A stretch of 64,000 nucleotides of DNA from Eledone cirrhosa (GCA_964016885.1 CAXHJY010001233.1:1-64000); one strand, 5' to 3'; counted from the stretch's first letter, positions 42,455-55,014 are shown. The notes: a model not told the origin generated them from the letters alone. Program-made: numbers and translations.

Positions 42455-42738
42455 TATGTATGACGTATTAGCTCAAAGGTGATTGACATATGTTTTTTGA
42501 TGCGGTATGCTGGGTCTCTGATGTCGCTGTTGAGTTACTAGAGACATCATATATATTATATTTAGCTATTGAAGCTGTGAGATTAAATATAGTCAGCCAT
42601 ATTGGTGGCTTTGAGGTTGTCCGCTTTATTAACCTTCGCAGGATATAGCGAGCCAATGACCTGAGAACTGCTTAGCAAGGCCTTTCTCCGGAACCCGCAG
42701 ATCATTGTTGGATATAGAGAAACCTGCTGCAAGACACG

Positions 42739-42786
<48 letters not shown>

Positions 42787-42914
42787 TATGTTCGTACACA
42801 GAACAGGAAAGCGCTTGCCTTGGATTTCAGCCATCTCTCGCAATTTTGCACGGACGTGCAGTATGCTTAGAGGGACGATCAAAGCCGTGACCTAGTTTTA
42901 GTTTTATTTATATG

Positions 42915-42948
<34 letters not shown>

Positions 42949-43018
42949 TGTATGTATACATGTTATACAAATAACTAGTAATAAGAGCATGTTCCTTATT
43001 GTTTTACTGACCTAGTTT

Positions 43019-43090
<72 letters not shown>

Positions 43091-43285
43091 TAAGTTGTAC
43101 AAATAACCAGTAATTAGAGTAGGTTCGTTATTTTGTTCGAGTGAAGGGCTGGGTGTAGTTTTGAAGTACGTGTCTGTATCCAGGGCTGGTGTAGTATGTG
43201 TCTGGTAGGTGGGCTTGGTAAGATTCTGTGAATAGCATCGAATTACTTGAAATTTGTTTACTTTCTAGTTCAGGCGAATGGCGTT

Positions 43286-43374
<89 letters not shown>

Positions 43375-43629
43375 GATAATAAGTTATCGTTTTAGGTAAT
43401 CGAGTTAGAGGTTGGGAGTGCTCTGTACTATGGATAGTTTTAACCTACGAGTTTGAGAGAAATCCTCGGAATACTGGAGGGTGTAACACATGGCACTGGT
43501 ATTCCGATGATTTGATCAGAGACACACACTGTATTTACGGTAGAGGGATCAGCAGCCTTTAAACTCACAATTGTTAATACTGTAAATAAAACCCTTTTTG
43601 TACAGCCGACCATGTTAGTCTTCACTCTT

Positions 43630-43688
<59 letters not shown>

Positions 43689-43927
43689 TCGACAAGCTTC
43701 GTCTCCTAATTATATCTATGTATATATAATTTAAAATAGAGGGTGCACAGGACAAAGACAATGGAAAAACGGACCGGCCCATCTCTTCAGTCAACCTCTG
43801 GAAACCACTATGGTTTCCGTAAATTAAGGTTGATACCCTTCATTCCAGTGTATAGTGGGACATAACAAAACAACTAGAGACGTGTTATGCCTTTGGGCGA
43901 AATATATGTATACACACACACACACAC

Positions 43928-44142
43928 GAATTGGATTTGCAGTCGTGGGGTTGCGAGTTCGATTCCTAGATCGTGCGATGCGTTATGTCCTTGAGCAAGA
44001 CACTTTATTTCACGTTACGACCAGTAGATAGTATCAGCAATGGAAAGACCAATAGAAACATTGTTTCCTTGGTCCGATTTGATGACGAGTTTCATCCCAC
44101 ACGATTGAGGTCTGGGATGTTGTCGATAGATTCGATCGATAT
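43928..44142 (+). mobile_element. Composite S2 SINE head plus structured 3' module
   Basis: B box gagttcgattcc, gtccttgagcaagacact, then gaccaatagaaacattgtttccttggtccgatttgatga; same composite at 48725 and 61959. Confidence 0.78.
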
Positions 44143-44152
44143 TTAATGAAAA

Positions 44153-44218
<66 letters not shown>

Positions 44219-44487
44219 ATATATATATAGGTGACGTGGTTGCCTAAACACTGTACGGTGTAATTCGAGCTGTTTGTTTGTTTACAAACAAACAAACCGA
44301 GCATTATAATAAATGTTCGGTAAACCGATACGTGCATGTATATATTTGTGCATGTATGTATATATATACATACTACTGTACGTCTGTATACATATATGTA
44401 TGTACGTATACATACATACATACATACTTACATTTAAGTAAGTGCCGTACTAAGAGTGAGAAATGAAATTTCGTTTCATTCTATTCC

Positions 44488-44489
<2 letters not shown>

Positions 44490-44550
<61 letters not shown>

Positions 44551-44635
44551 CATATACATATATACATGTATATATATATATATATATATACACCTATACA
44601 CATATATATATATACACATATACACACATACATAT

Positions 44636-44693
<58 letters not shown>

Positions 44694-45030
44694 CATATAC
44701 ATATATATATGTATATATATATATATACATATATATACATATATATATACATATATATACATATACATATATATATACATATATATACACATATATATAC
44801 ATATACATATATATAGACATATATATACATATACATATACATATATATACATATACATATATATATACATATATATACACATATATATACATATACATAT
44901 ATATAGACATATATATACATATACATATATATAGATAGATAGATAGATAGATATAGAGAGAGAGAGAGAAAGAGAGAGTGAGAGAGAGAGAGAAAGAGAG
45001 AGAGAGAGGGAGAGAGAAAGAGAGAGAGGG
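44490..45030. repeat. TA/CATATA then GA microsatellite
   Basis: Direct inspection. Confidence 0.95.
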
Positions 45031-45289
45031 ACTTATTTTGCATACAAATACGCTTAATAGGCGCACGTCTTTGCAATGTTAGTGTAATGTTTTTTGTCTT
45101 TTTTTAAGTGTTCTGTATCAACAGCTGTTTACTTACAGTGTGTTCAACTAGTCGTTAGCGGCCATCTTAGGATATCAAACAAATATTCACCAAGTAGCAG
45201 TCAATAATGCTTCATAGCTTTTATTCTCTTTCTTCTGGCGAAGTAAATTCTGAAATTAGCAAAAGAAAATATATATATATATATATGCA

Positions 45290-45510
45290 TGTTAGGTAAT
45301 TCCGAAGGAAAAGCAAAGGAAAAAAAGTGCTCTATGTATAGAACAGAGCTATTTAATTAGAAAGTGAATAACACAAAATATAACTACTCCATTACCAAAG
45401 GTTTCAGGACCCCAGACAATCAGACAGAGATTTTATCAGACAACATCACTGTCTGATGAACGATCCAGCCGTATATTAATATTGTCTAGGATCCAGAAAA
45501 CTTTGGTAAA
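45290..45510 (-). mobile_element. Family D PLE-like element with inverted degenerate HHR (+ strand, ~45448-45510)
   Basis: Tail near-identical to 30715-30843; gtCTGATGAacgatccagcc...ctaggatccaGAAAActttGGTA. Confidence 0.72.
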
Positions 45511-45789
45511 AAATTATTGGCCTTGTGTCTCAATACGCATCTCCGAGATGTTTTTTTTTTATGGAGTTCTCGGGTGCGGGGTGGTCCAAAGAAAATGTAC
45601 TTTACGACGGTTTTGAAAGCTATATTTCATTTAAAACACATAAATATAGGAGGGAAATCATAAAATTGTTCAGAATTATAACTAAATCTGTCAACTAACT
45701 ACCCTTAAAATTAAGAGAAAAAATGTTTATTATTTCACCCGTCAGCAAAACGGGTGAAATAATGATAATTTACGCGAAAAATATTATAT

Positions 45790-45837
<48 letters not shown>

Positions 45838-45886
45838 TTGGGATTTTAGTCTTTACAGTTATTATTATTACTACTATAACTACACG

Positions 45887-45960
<74 letters not shown>

Positions 45961-46370
45961 GCAGCATGTGTGTACAGATATTCATGATAGTTTAAGCACC
46001 TGAGATATTTTCGAATCTCACCTTATTTCAACAACCTTTTACTACAAGTACATTAACACTCAGAAAGGAGTGTATATATGTGTCAGTGTCGGTGAGTGTG
46101 TGTGTGTGTGGGAAGTGTATTTAGCTTTCTTCTGTGGGGAGATTTCCTGTCTACACCTCACATATTTCACATAGCTACTGATGAAACAGAAGTGAATAAG
46201 AAATGTTGGAACTGCTACGGAATAGCTGAGGATATGTGAAAACATCACCACACACTTACGTGTCTATTTAGTATCTTTAAACGAGGAAATAGTCACAGAA
46301 ATTATAGAATTAGTGTCGTCTCGTATTACATACAATATACATACATGTACGTATAAATATAAAGCTATGA

Positions 46371-46790
46371 AGGCGCGCAGTTTAGTGGTTAGAGCGTCGG
46401 GCTTTCAAGCTCGGTTGAAGGTTGTGAGTTCGAATCCCGGATTGCGTGCTGGGTTGTCCTTGAGCAAGTCACTTTATTTCACGTGTGGAAGGAAAACGCA
46501 GTAGAGGAAGACCACGAAAAACATGGGCGGAGGTGGTGAGAGCAGACCTCAGATTGCTGAAGCTCACGGAGGAGATGACGAAGGACCGTGACAAGTGGAG
46601 AGATGCTGTGCTGAATAGGACCCATCCCACCCTTGCAAGCAGAGAAAAGAGGACGTAAAATGACGATGATGATGATGTTCCAGTTCACTCAACTGTAGAA
46701 ATGTGACGTCACTGGTGTCAAGCTGTATCGGCCATTGCATTTCCCTTGGACAACATCGGTGGTGTAGAGAGAGGAGACTCTAGTACACAC
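46371..46790 (+). mobile_element. S2 SINE interrupted by an RTE fragment
   Basis: Head aggcgcgcagtttagtggttagagcg..gagttcgaatccc..tttatttcacg, resuming at ~46678 with ttccagttcactcaactgtagaaatg. Confidence 0.82.
46485..46677 (+). mobile_element. 5'-truncated RTE-clade LINE 3' end
   Basis: VEGKRSRGRPRKTWAEVVRADLRLLKLTEEMTKDRDKWRDAVLNRTHPTLASREKRT* (stop 46656-46658), short UTR, (GAT)n tail. Confidence 0.85.
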
Positions 46791-46937
46791 ACATAATACA
46801 TACATATACACTGACATACACACGCATACACATATACACTTACATACACACACGCACGCACGCATACACACACACACACACACATATATATATATGTAAA
46901 GGGTAAACAGAAATAACACAATTGGTACAGTATATGG

Positions 46938-47013
<76 letters not shown>

Positions 47014-47014
47014 A

Positions 47015-47216
47015 GTCCTGGGTTCAATCGGGGTATCCACAGTAAGTAAGGTACTCAATACATTAGTAGAGTGTATATAACAATATTTAATATAGGAATG
47101 GCTTCTACAGGACTAGAACTGTTTCAATCGAAGTAAATCATCAGGAAGGGCTTTTGCTGATGATTTCCTTCGAATGAAACAATGCTAGTCCTGTAGAAGC
47201 CATTCCTATATTAAAT
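47015..47216 (-). mobile_element. Family C element with two divergent HHRs (47102-47148 minus; 47151-47199 plus)
   Basis: Palindrome 47085-47216; each arm has CTGATGA..GAAAC..ctagtcctGTAgaag. Confidence 0.85.
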
Positions 47217-47303
47217 TTCGATATATATATATATATATATATATATAATGGTAGCTCCTATTTATGGTACGTCAAAATTATTTATAAAACTGTTTATATA
47301 TTG

Positions 47304-47369
47304 TATTTTATCTGACGAAGGCATGCCATATTTTTAATATGGTATGCCCGAAATATGTATAATGAAATA
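47304..47369 (+). ncRNA. Hammerhead ribozyme, family E
   Basis: tattttat-CTGACGA-aggcatgccatat tttta atatggtatgccc-GAAAT-atgt-ATA-atgaaata; 12-bp stem II. Confidence 0.85.
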
Positions 47370-47497
47370 AATATGGTTTTATAAATATAGTTTCCATTTG
47401 TTTAATATCGTATATCTACTCCAAAAACTTGTCGAGTGCTTTATATCAGTTATAAAATATTTACTTGTTGTAACCCAACAATTTTAAATAAAACTTT

Positions 47498-47533
<36 letters not shown>

Positions 47534-48724
47534 ATAACAAGTTATCGTTATAGGTAATCCAGTTAGAGGTTGTGAGTACTCTGCGTCGTGGATAGTTTTA
47601 ACGTACGGCTTTGTTTGACTCAACAAGATGTTTCCATCGTTAAGCAGCGAGTTCGCAGTAATTCCTATGTAGGTTATACTTGGAGTAATAATAGTGAAAG
47701 AATGAAGAGTAACATGGTTGGCTGTACAACAAGGGGCTTTATTTCAAGTATTAACAATTATATCATTGATCAAGGGAGTTATATATATCGCGATATTCGC
47801 TTGCTGCTGCTGTTAACAGTCAAGTCATATTTAAAGTGAACTGGTTTGAAGGTTTGAACAGTTCAGCAGAGATTTTAAATCTAATCTTTGCCGAGAGAAG
47901 AGAACCACACGTTTGCTATATATGTTATTCAATCACTACTGCAATAAACGAAGTCCGGATTAGAAGCCATCAAATGTTCAATACTACTACTACTACTGCT
48001 ACTATAATATACAGTAGCGAGAATATCTGCTGACAAATGGTGAATTTCAACATGAAAGAACAGGAAATCAACTACGATACTTAACTATCCTAATTACATA
48101 TTACATGTCTTCCATTCTTACAAATATATGGTAATTGTGAAGCTGTTTCCGAAGCGAATACTTTCTAACGAATAATGGTATCTTACCAATTTAGTATCGC
48201 CACAGCACGACCTTAACTTTATTGGCAGTGCCATTGTTCAGATGAATGAAATCTGCCTTACGTTCCGTCACAAGTAAATAGTTGGAAATATTTTTCTCAA
48301 TTATGTTTAATTTATGGTCAATATAAAAGCCGTTTATTAACAAGATGAACTTAGAATTATCATGTTGAACTTTGTACTTACTATCCAGACTGTTAAAACT
48401 GGTGGAATGGTTGAAATGATAAAGAACTATTATATCATCTTGACGCACATTAATGGACGCTGCTCTCGACATTGTCGTCTCATCCGTCTGTAGTCATTAA
48501 CATAATTAACCGACATGTATATCTCTCTCTCTTACTCTCCTCCATATATATATATATATATATGACCTTGGGCTATTGTGAGAAATGATTTTCCTGTTAA
48601 AACAACCCTGACGCTATCTAGTAATACTCAAAATGGACCCAGTGTTAATGTTTCTTTTGAAAACTAGAAACATGTCATGGTAGTACTCAATACATAGTTT
48701 GGTATATATATATATATATATATA

Positions 48725-48942
48725 AAGGCGTGTAGCTGACTGGCTAGAGAATTGGATTCCCAATCTTGAGGTTGTGAGTTCGATTCCTGGACCAGGCAAT
48801 GTGTTATGTCCTTGAGCAAGACATTTTATTTCACATTGCTCCTTCTACCTATAGTTGCGACCGATAGATAGTATTAGCAACTAGAAAGACCAACGGAAAC
48901 ATTGTTTCCTCGGTCCGATTTGACGAAAGTCGATCGATCCTT
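48725..48942 (+). mobile_element. Composite S2 SINE
   Basis: Closely similar to 61959-62180. Confidence 0.82.
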
Positions 48943-49082
48943 TATATATATATATATATGCATAGGTTATATTTAATTTGTTGGGATTCAACAAGCTTAA
49001 AAACTATCCAGGAAGCTCCAACCGTTAAGGTTGTCTTTTTTCAGGGTATGTCAATATTTATTTATAAAACTAATCTGTATTG

Positions 49083-49148
49083 TATTTTATCTGATGAAAG
49101 CGCACCATAATTTGCCTTGGTGGCCCTTGAAATATGTATAATAAAATA
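49083..49148 (+). ncRNA. Hammerhead ribozyme, family E, within element 48960-49192
   Basis: tattttat-CTGATGA-aagcgcacca..tggtggccctt-GAAAT-atgt-ATA-ataaaata; element begins with an inverted piece of the family's distal tail. Confidence 0.83.
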
Positions 49149-49209
49149 AATATGGTTTTATAAATATAGTTTCCATTTGTTAATATATCGTATATATATA
49201 TATATGGAC

Positions 49210-49460
49210 CCGGGATCCCTTGTGATGTCGTAGAGGCTCTGACATGAACACTGCCGATTTCTTCAAGAGAGGGAGAATGAGGGAGTGGAAGAAAGGGGGA
49301 AAAGAAACAAAATGGAAGAAGAATCGACCCGAGTATTTAACTGGTACCATTTTTATCGACCTCGAAAGGATGAAAGGCAAAGTTGACCTGGACGGGTTTT
49401 GAATTCAGAGAGTTCAGAGAGAGCCGGAAATAATACCATAAAGCAATTCTATCCGTCATT
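49210..49460 (-). mobile_element. S1b SINE (diverged)
   Basis: tatcgacctcgaaaggatgaaaggcaaagttgacct...ttgaattcagag. Confidence 0.75.
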
Positions 49461-49683
49461 CTATTTTGCGGTCTGCGTGGGAGTTTTTTTTTATGTTTTG
49501 CGGTTTGATAACTCCCACCCTTCAGAAATAGTGCTTGAAACGGGGAATAAAGAGGTTTTACTTTGTTCGTTAAAAATCTAAACGATGCCAGATATTATGT
49601 AGCTTTCCGACAAAACCTTTTATATCCCCAATTTATAGCACAACGACACACACACACAATATATATATATATATATATATATA

Positions 49684-49772
<89 letters not shown>

Positions 49773-49880
49773 CAAATGAAATTTAAAATCGAAAAATAAA
49801 AAAACTAATCTTCGTAATATCATAAGCAAAAAATATACATATTGTTCACGCCAAGTGTATGTGTGAGTGAGTGTGTGTAT

Positions 49881-49925
<45 letters not shown>

Positions 49926-50833
49926 CTCTCCCAACTACATTAATTTCAAATTATAATCCTAACGTACCTAATATAAAATTTAATCTCGACTGCAATCCTA
50001 ATCCAACCATACTTTATTTTCAATTGAGTTGGCTTCTCGTGTTTGTGTATGTATGTGTGTGTGTGTGTGTATGCGTGTGCATACGTGTATGTGTATGCAT
50101 GTTTGTGTGTGTGTGTGTTTACGTGTACGTGTTCATGTTTGTGTGTGTGTTTACGTGTACGTGTTCATGTGTGTGTTTGTGTTTACATTGACTAACGGAT
50201 GTTGTCGAGGTATCATTAAATATATCCGGTTTTAAAACCTTACACATTTTCTAATAAATTATTTTGTTTTCCGTTATGTCGATCATAATTTTGCATTTTA
50301 GAGTTAACCAGACTTTGATATTTTTACAACAGCAAGTTCAATATATCATTGTCTTCGGCTGTATTTCCACAGGGAATGATTTGTTTTATCTTTTATCCAA
50401 TTTCATTTCAATGAAACAAATATAAGTAAGACACTAGAATCAATTTTATTGATCATACATCGCTCTTCTAGTCAATAATATAAAGAAAATTGGTAGTTGT
50501 CTAGTCAACTAAATCAATAGTAAGTCACTAAATTATTTAGGTTTGAATTAACGCACCAAAACAGACCAATCTATCTGTCATTGATCTTGTTCAGTCGATT
50601 CTGTAAATCTTTAAATCTACACAGGAAAGGCTTACATTACACTATACACCACTACCCAGCCACACGACCCTACCAACTAATGTACATGCTTAAATACCTC
50701 TTACAAAGTCGCTTATATTTAAAACATCAAAGTTAGTGAGTATAACAGCTTAATTATATTTACATTATTCTCACGAACTGCTAACAAATTTTCTAGACTT
50801 GATATATACTCCTACAAAACTTAAGTCTATATA

Positions 50834-51150
50834 TAGCGGAACCTTGCTTCACCCTCCTGAAGCCCGTTCGTTTCCCGAAATGTTCGTAAATCAAAACTGT
50901 TTTTCAGATACGAAATGTTGAGAGAAAAATACAGTGGGAGAGAGAGAGAGAGAAAGAGAAAGACTGTGTGTGAAAGACACACATATATCAACATAGTAAC
51001 TAACTACACAGCGATTGACTTATTCCCGTCGATACTCCATGCTTTTTGTCAACCGGTATTGCCGGCTTGCGTGTTCGTTACTCGGGACACCCACCGTTCG
51101 TGAACCGATATGTTCGTGATGAGAGGCGACCGTGAACCGAGGTTCCACTG
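50834..51150. mobile_element. Tigger/pogo-like MITE (Tc1/mariner superfamily)
   Basis: Right TIR gtgaaccgaggttccactg-TA; degenerate left TIR TA-tagcggaaccttgcttcac; subterminal ccgttcgt..tgttcgt repeats. Confidence 0.65.
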
Positions 51151-51807
51151 TATATAACATTCCCTACAGTTTCCTCTAACCTATTTTGATAAACAGCAAC
51201 TACAAAAGAAACAATCTGTGGTTGTTGAAAGTAAACGGCGGAAAAAATCTCACGTTTCTCGTAAACTTTATACATCAGCTTCTCCCAAAATACCTCACAC
51301 AAAGAACACAAACACATACACATACATAGATATAACACATACATATAACATACATATAACACATAACACATACATATAACATACATATAACACATAACAC
51401 ATACATATAACACACACACATACATATAACACATACATATATATACATATTCCTAGTTACCATGTTTTCATTCAAAGATTTTTTTTCAATTTTGTTGTTC
51501 TTATTGTTGGTGGTGGTGGTGGTGGTGGTGGTGGCGGTGGTGGTATTGGTGGTGTTGGTGGTGGTGGTAGTACTGGTGGTGGTGGTGGTGGTGATGTTGC
51601 TGTTGTTGGTGGTGGTGGTGGTGATGGTGTTGTTGTTGGTGGTGTTGTTGTTTTTCTAAAATGGTATGTTGCAAGCTGCTAAACAACACGATCCACTGGT
51701 GTTTAATGATTGTCAGTTGGATACCAAAATTCCACTAAATAACTGTTGATGTGGCGACATGCGGGCCAAGAATATCGCAAAGTTGGCTTCGTACATGTGT
51801 GTATGTA

Positions 51808-51902
<95 letters not shown>

Positions 51903-51914
51903 TTATATATGTAT

Positions 51915-52038
51915 GTAAAAGGTATACAGAAATAACAACACAATCGGTACAGTATATGGAAGGGATATATTAGCTTAACGCTTGATATAGCAGGAAGAAG
52001 GTTTTAACGTTTCGGACGCTAGTCCTTCATCAGAAGAA
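51915..52038 (-). mobile_element. Family A element with intact minimal HHR core (52002-52038)
   Basis: Minus strand tt-CTGATGA-aggac tagc gtcc-GAAAC-GTT-aa; palindromic AACGTT in place of stem III. Confidence 0.8.
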
Positions 52039-52304
52039 TATATATATATATGTATGTATACACAAAGTATATACGAGTATGTTGGATAAGTTACACACAC
52101 ACACACACACATATGTATATATGTATGTGTGAGTGTAGAGAGAGAGAGGTATGAGTGTAGAGAGAGAGAGGTGTAGAGAGAGAGAGAGGTGTGAGTGTAG
52201 AGAGAGAGGTGGGGAGACTGGAGCAAACGCAGACGTGCTAACGACTCTGCCAATCCGCCGCCTTTTGTAATCAATACCGTATGTAAAGAAAGAAATAGTA
52301 ACAG

Positions 52305-52590
52305 GGGTGTGTTGGTGGTGATGGTAGGGGTGTGATAGTGGCGGTGGTGTTGTGATGGTGGTGGTGGTGTTGTGATGGTGGTGTGGTGGTGGTAGGGGTG
52401 TGATGGTGGTGGTGGTGGTGTTGTGATGGTGGTGTGGTGGTGGTGTTGTGATGGTGGTGTGGTGGTGGTGTTGTGATGGTGGTGGTAGGGGTGTGATGGT
52501 GGTGTTGTGATGGTGGTGGTATGGTGGTAGGGGTGTGATGGTGGTGTTGTTGTGATGGTGGTCGCCGTGTTATGGTGGTGGTGTTGTTGG
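52305..52590. repeat. GGT/GTGAT mosaic repeat
   Basis: Direct inspection; related (reverse complement) to the 17.1-kb mosaic. Confidence 0.9.
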
Positions 52591-53599
52591 GACCCATCCC
52601 AGACCTTTTAAAGTATTATCCTATCCAGTGTCAGGTGACATACGTACCTAACATCCTCACTTCCTCATCCCTCTTCACTATAAACAACACAAAGTCGTCA
52701 GAAATAAGGTCAAAAACCAGAACTAATCGGAAGAACTTCTCACTTCTCCAACTTTGCCTTTCATCCTTTCGTCGGTCAATAAAAACACCCCAATTTAGAA
52801 CTGATCTCTCTCACACACTTCCCCTCTCTCTCTCTCACACACACACACTTCCTCTCTCTCTCTCACATACTTCCTCTCTCTCTCTCTCTCACACACACTT
52901 CCTCTCTCTCTCACACACTTCCTCTCTCTCTCACACACTTCCTCTCTCTCACACACACTTCCTCTCTCTCTCTCACACACACTTCCTCTCTCTCTCACAC
53001 ACATCCTCTCTCTCTCTCTCTCTCACACACTTTCTCTCTCTCTCTCTCTCACTCTGTCACACACTTCCTCTCTCTCTCACTTCCTCTCTCTCTCTTTGTT
53101 CTGACTTGGAGAAGAACGGACTCTCCCAGGTTTTAGATAAATGTCGCCCAAGATACGCCGTATATCATTACGGCGCTCCCACTGCTCCATCATGTGTGGC
53201 AAGTACATACATACATACATACATACATACATACATACATACATGGTGGCTGCCAACTCGTTTTCGAGTACGGCCACTACTTTACATCCATGTAGGATAA
53301 CCCCTACCGAAGCGCTGAACGAGTGTGACTTTTTAGTCCAGCCAGCGACTTGAAACCTCTGGTACAAACACTACACCTGTGACAATTATTGACACATAGT
53401 GCTAGGCCCTTGGTAGGACAATTATTGACACATAGTGCTGGGCCCATGTGAGGACAAGTGCAGAGAGATCTCCAGATATAAAGCAATGCCTGTGCCGTGA
53501 AGCTTTTATAGTGAGCAAAGGCACTGCACAAAGCCAGTCCCACTCTCTTAACCAAGATGCTATTTACCAAAAAGAAGAACAAGTCAACATCATTGGATA

Positions 53600-53880
53600 C
53601 CATCAGGGTTGCAGGTGTTATATCAGAGTTTTCCTTCTCCTAGAATTCTGCCTTGACTAAGGCTAAAGGGGTCATCTCTCCCGGTGATTTTGGATGGCCA
53701 TTGACTCTTAAGAGCTCCTTTGCCCTTTGACAGGTTTTGTTTTTAGTCCTGCAGGATGTCCAAAGTCACCCTCCTCACCAAGAAACCTTGGTGGGGTTGC
53801 CAGTTTAGTCGCCAACGACCCGACCATGAGACAGGTTGTACTGGGATACATGTTACCAGTAGCACCAACTGGTGACCTGA
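53600..53880 (-). mobile_element. Probable LINE (RTE-like) 5' UTR fragment
   Basis: Non-low-complexity segment abutting (TACA)n; minus strand contains gtcaaggcag..ctaggagaaggaaaactctgatataacacc, reminiscent of RTE 5' UTRs; single copy, recognised from memory only. Confidence 0.35.
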
Positions 53881-54089
53881 CATACATACATACATACATA
53901 CATACAGGCAGGCAGGCAGGCAGGCAAGCAGGCAAAAATGGTAGAGCGACGATGAAAAAGCCTTGCGGTATTTAGTGACAACTTTTTACCTTCTGAATTA
54001 AAAACTCATCCAAGTCAACTTGGTTATAATTAATACCACAACAACGATAGATACAAACAAATCGAATACTAACATGACTATCAGACAGA

Positions 54090-54180
<91 letters not shown>

Positions 54181-54300
54181 TTGAAATAAAATGAAAACGA
54201 AATTTCATTTCTCACTCATTACACACATACTTACATATATATATATATATATATATTTAAGAGTTAAACCATCTACCATGTCAGGGTATGTCATGTATCA

Positions 54301-54362
54301 TTTTATTTTATCTGATGAGGACGTACTGTTGAACTTAATTCAGTACCTCTGAAATATGTATA
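54301..54362 (+). ncRNA. Family E hammerhead disrupted by a SINE insertion
   Basis: ttttat-CTGATGA-ggacgtactg..cagtacctct-GAAAT-atgt-ATA; S1 SINE starts within a few nt. Confidence 0.72.
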
Positions 54363-54541
54363 ATTGTTTCTACTTTTGGCACAAGGCCAGCAATTACCCA
54401 GTGCATTACTGGTACTTTATTTTATCGACCCCGTAAGGATGAAAGGCAAAGTTAACCTCGGCAGGATTTGAAATCAGAATGGCAAGGGCCGTAACTCTAT
54501 GCGTCAAAGCATGGCGTCCGACCCTCTACCGATACTGCCAA
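54363..54541 (-). mobile_element. S1 SINE
   Basis: High similarity to 56458-56640. Confidence 0.88.
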
Positions 54542-54597
54542 TAATTATAATGAAGAAACGATTTATACAATATCAGCATATTTTTTATAGTTATTCT

Positions 54598-54709
<112 letters not shown>

Positions 54710-54715
54710 ATATAT

Positions 54716-54817
54716 AACAAAGGAATTGTGGTAAGGAACCAGATGGACCATAACGCACCAGAGTACTCAATACTTAGGGTAGTAGAGTGGGAAATAGGAA
54801 AAAGTATGACTTTTTCC
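54716..54817 (-). mobile_element. Family B element with hairpin excised
   Basis: Tail identical to the 15734 copy, ending ggaaaaagtatgac-tttttcc. Confidence 0.88.
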
Positions 54818-54856
54818 TATATATATATATTCAGCCTGTCTGATGGTTGCGATAAC

Positions 54857-54967
54857 TACCTAATATAATAAATATTTAGTTAGGTAGGTATATATATATT
54901 TATATATATATATAATATATATATATATATATACATACCTAATATAATAAATATTTAGTTAGGTAGG

Positions 54968-55014
<47 letters not shown>

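Noticed and set aside
45728-45763. 14-bp hairpin attatttcacccgt/acgggtgaaataat (similar at 33926-33964) as terminator or Helitron end
   Set aside because: Eukaryotic context, no properly placed CTRR end, and no supporting copies
53770-53877. HDV-like ribozyme on the minus strand (ggtcacca/tggcgact P1-like pairing)
   Set aside because: Could not place the P3/L3 TYC-HCG motif or the GG after P1
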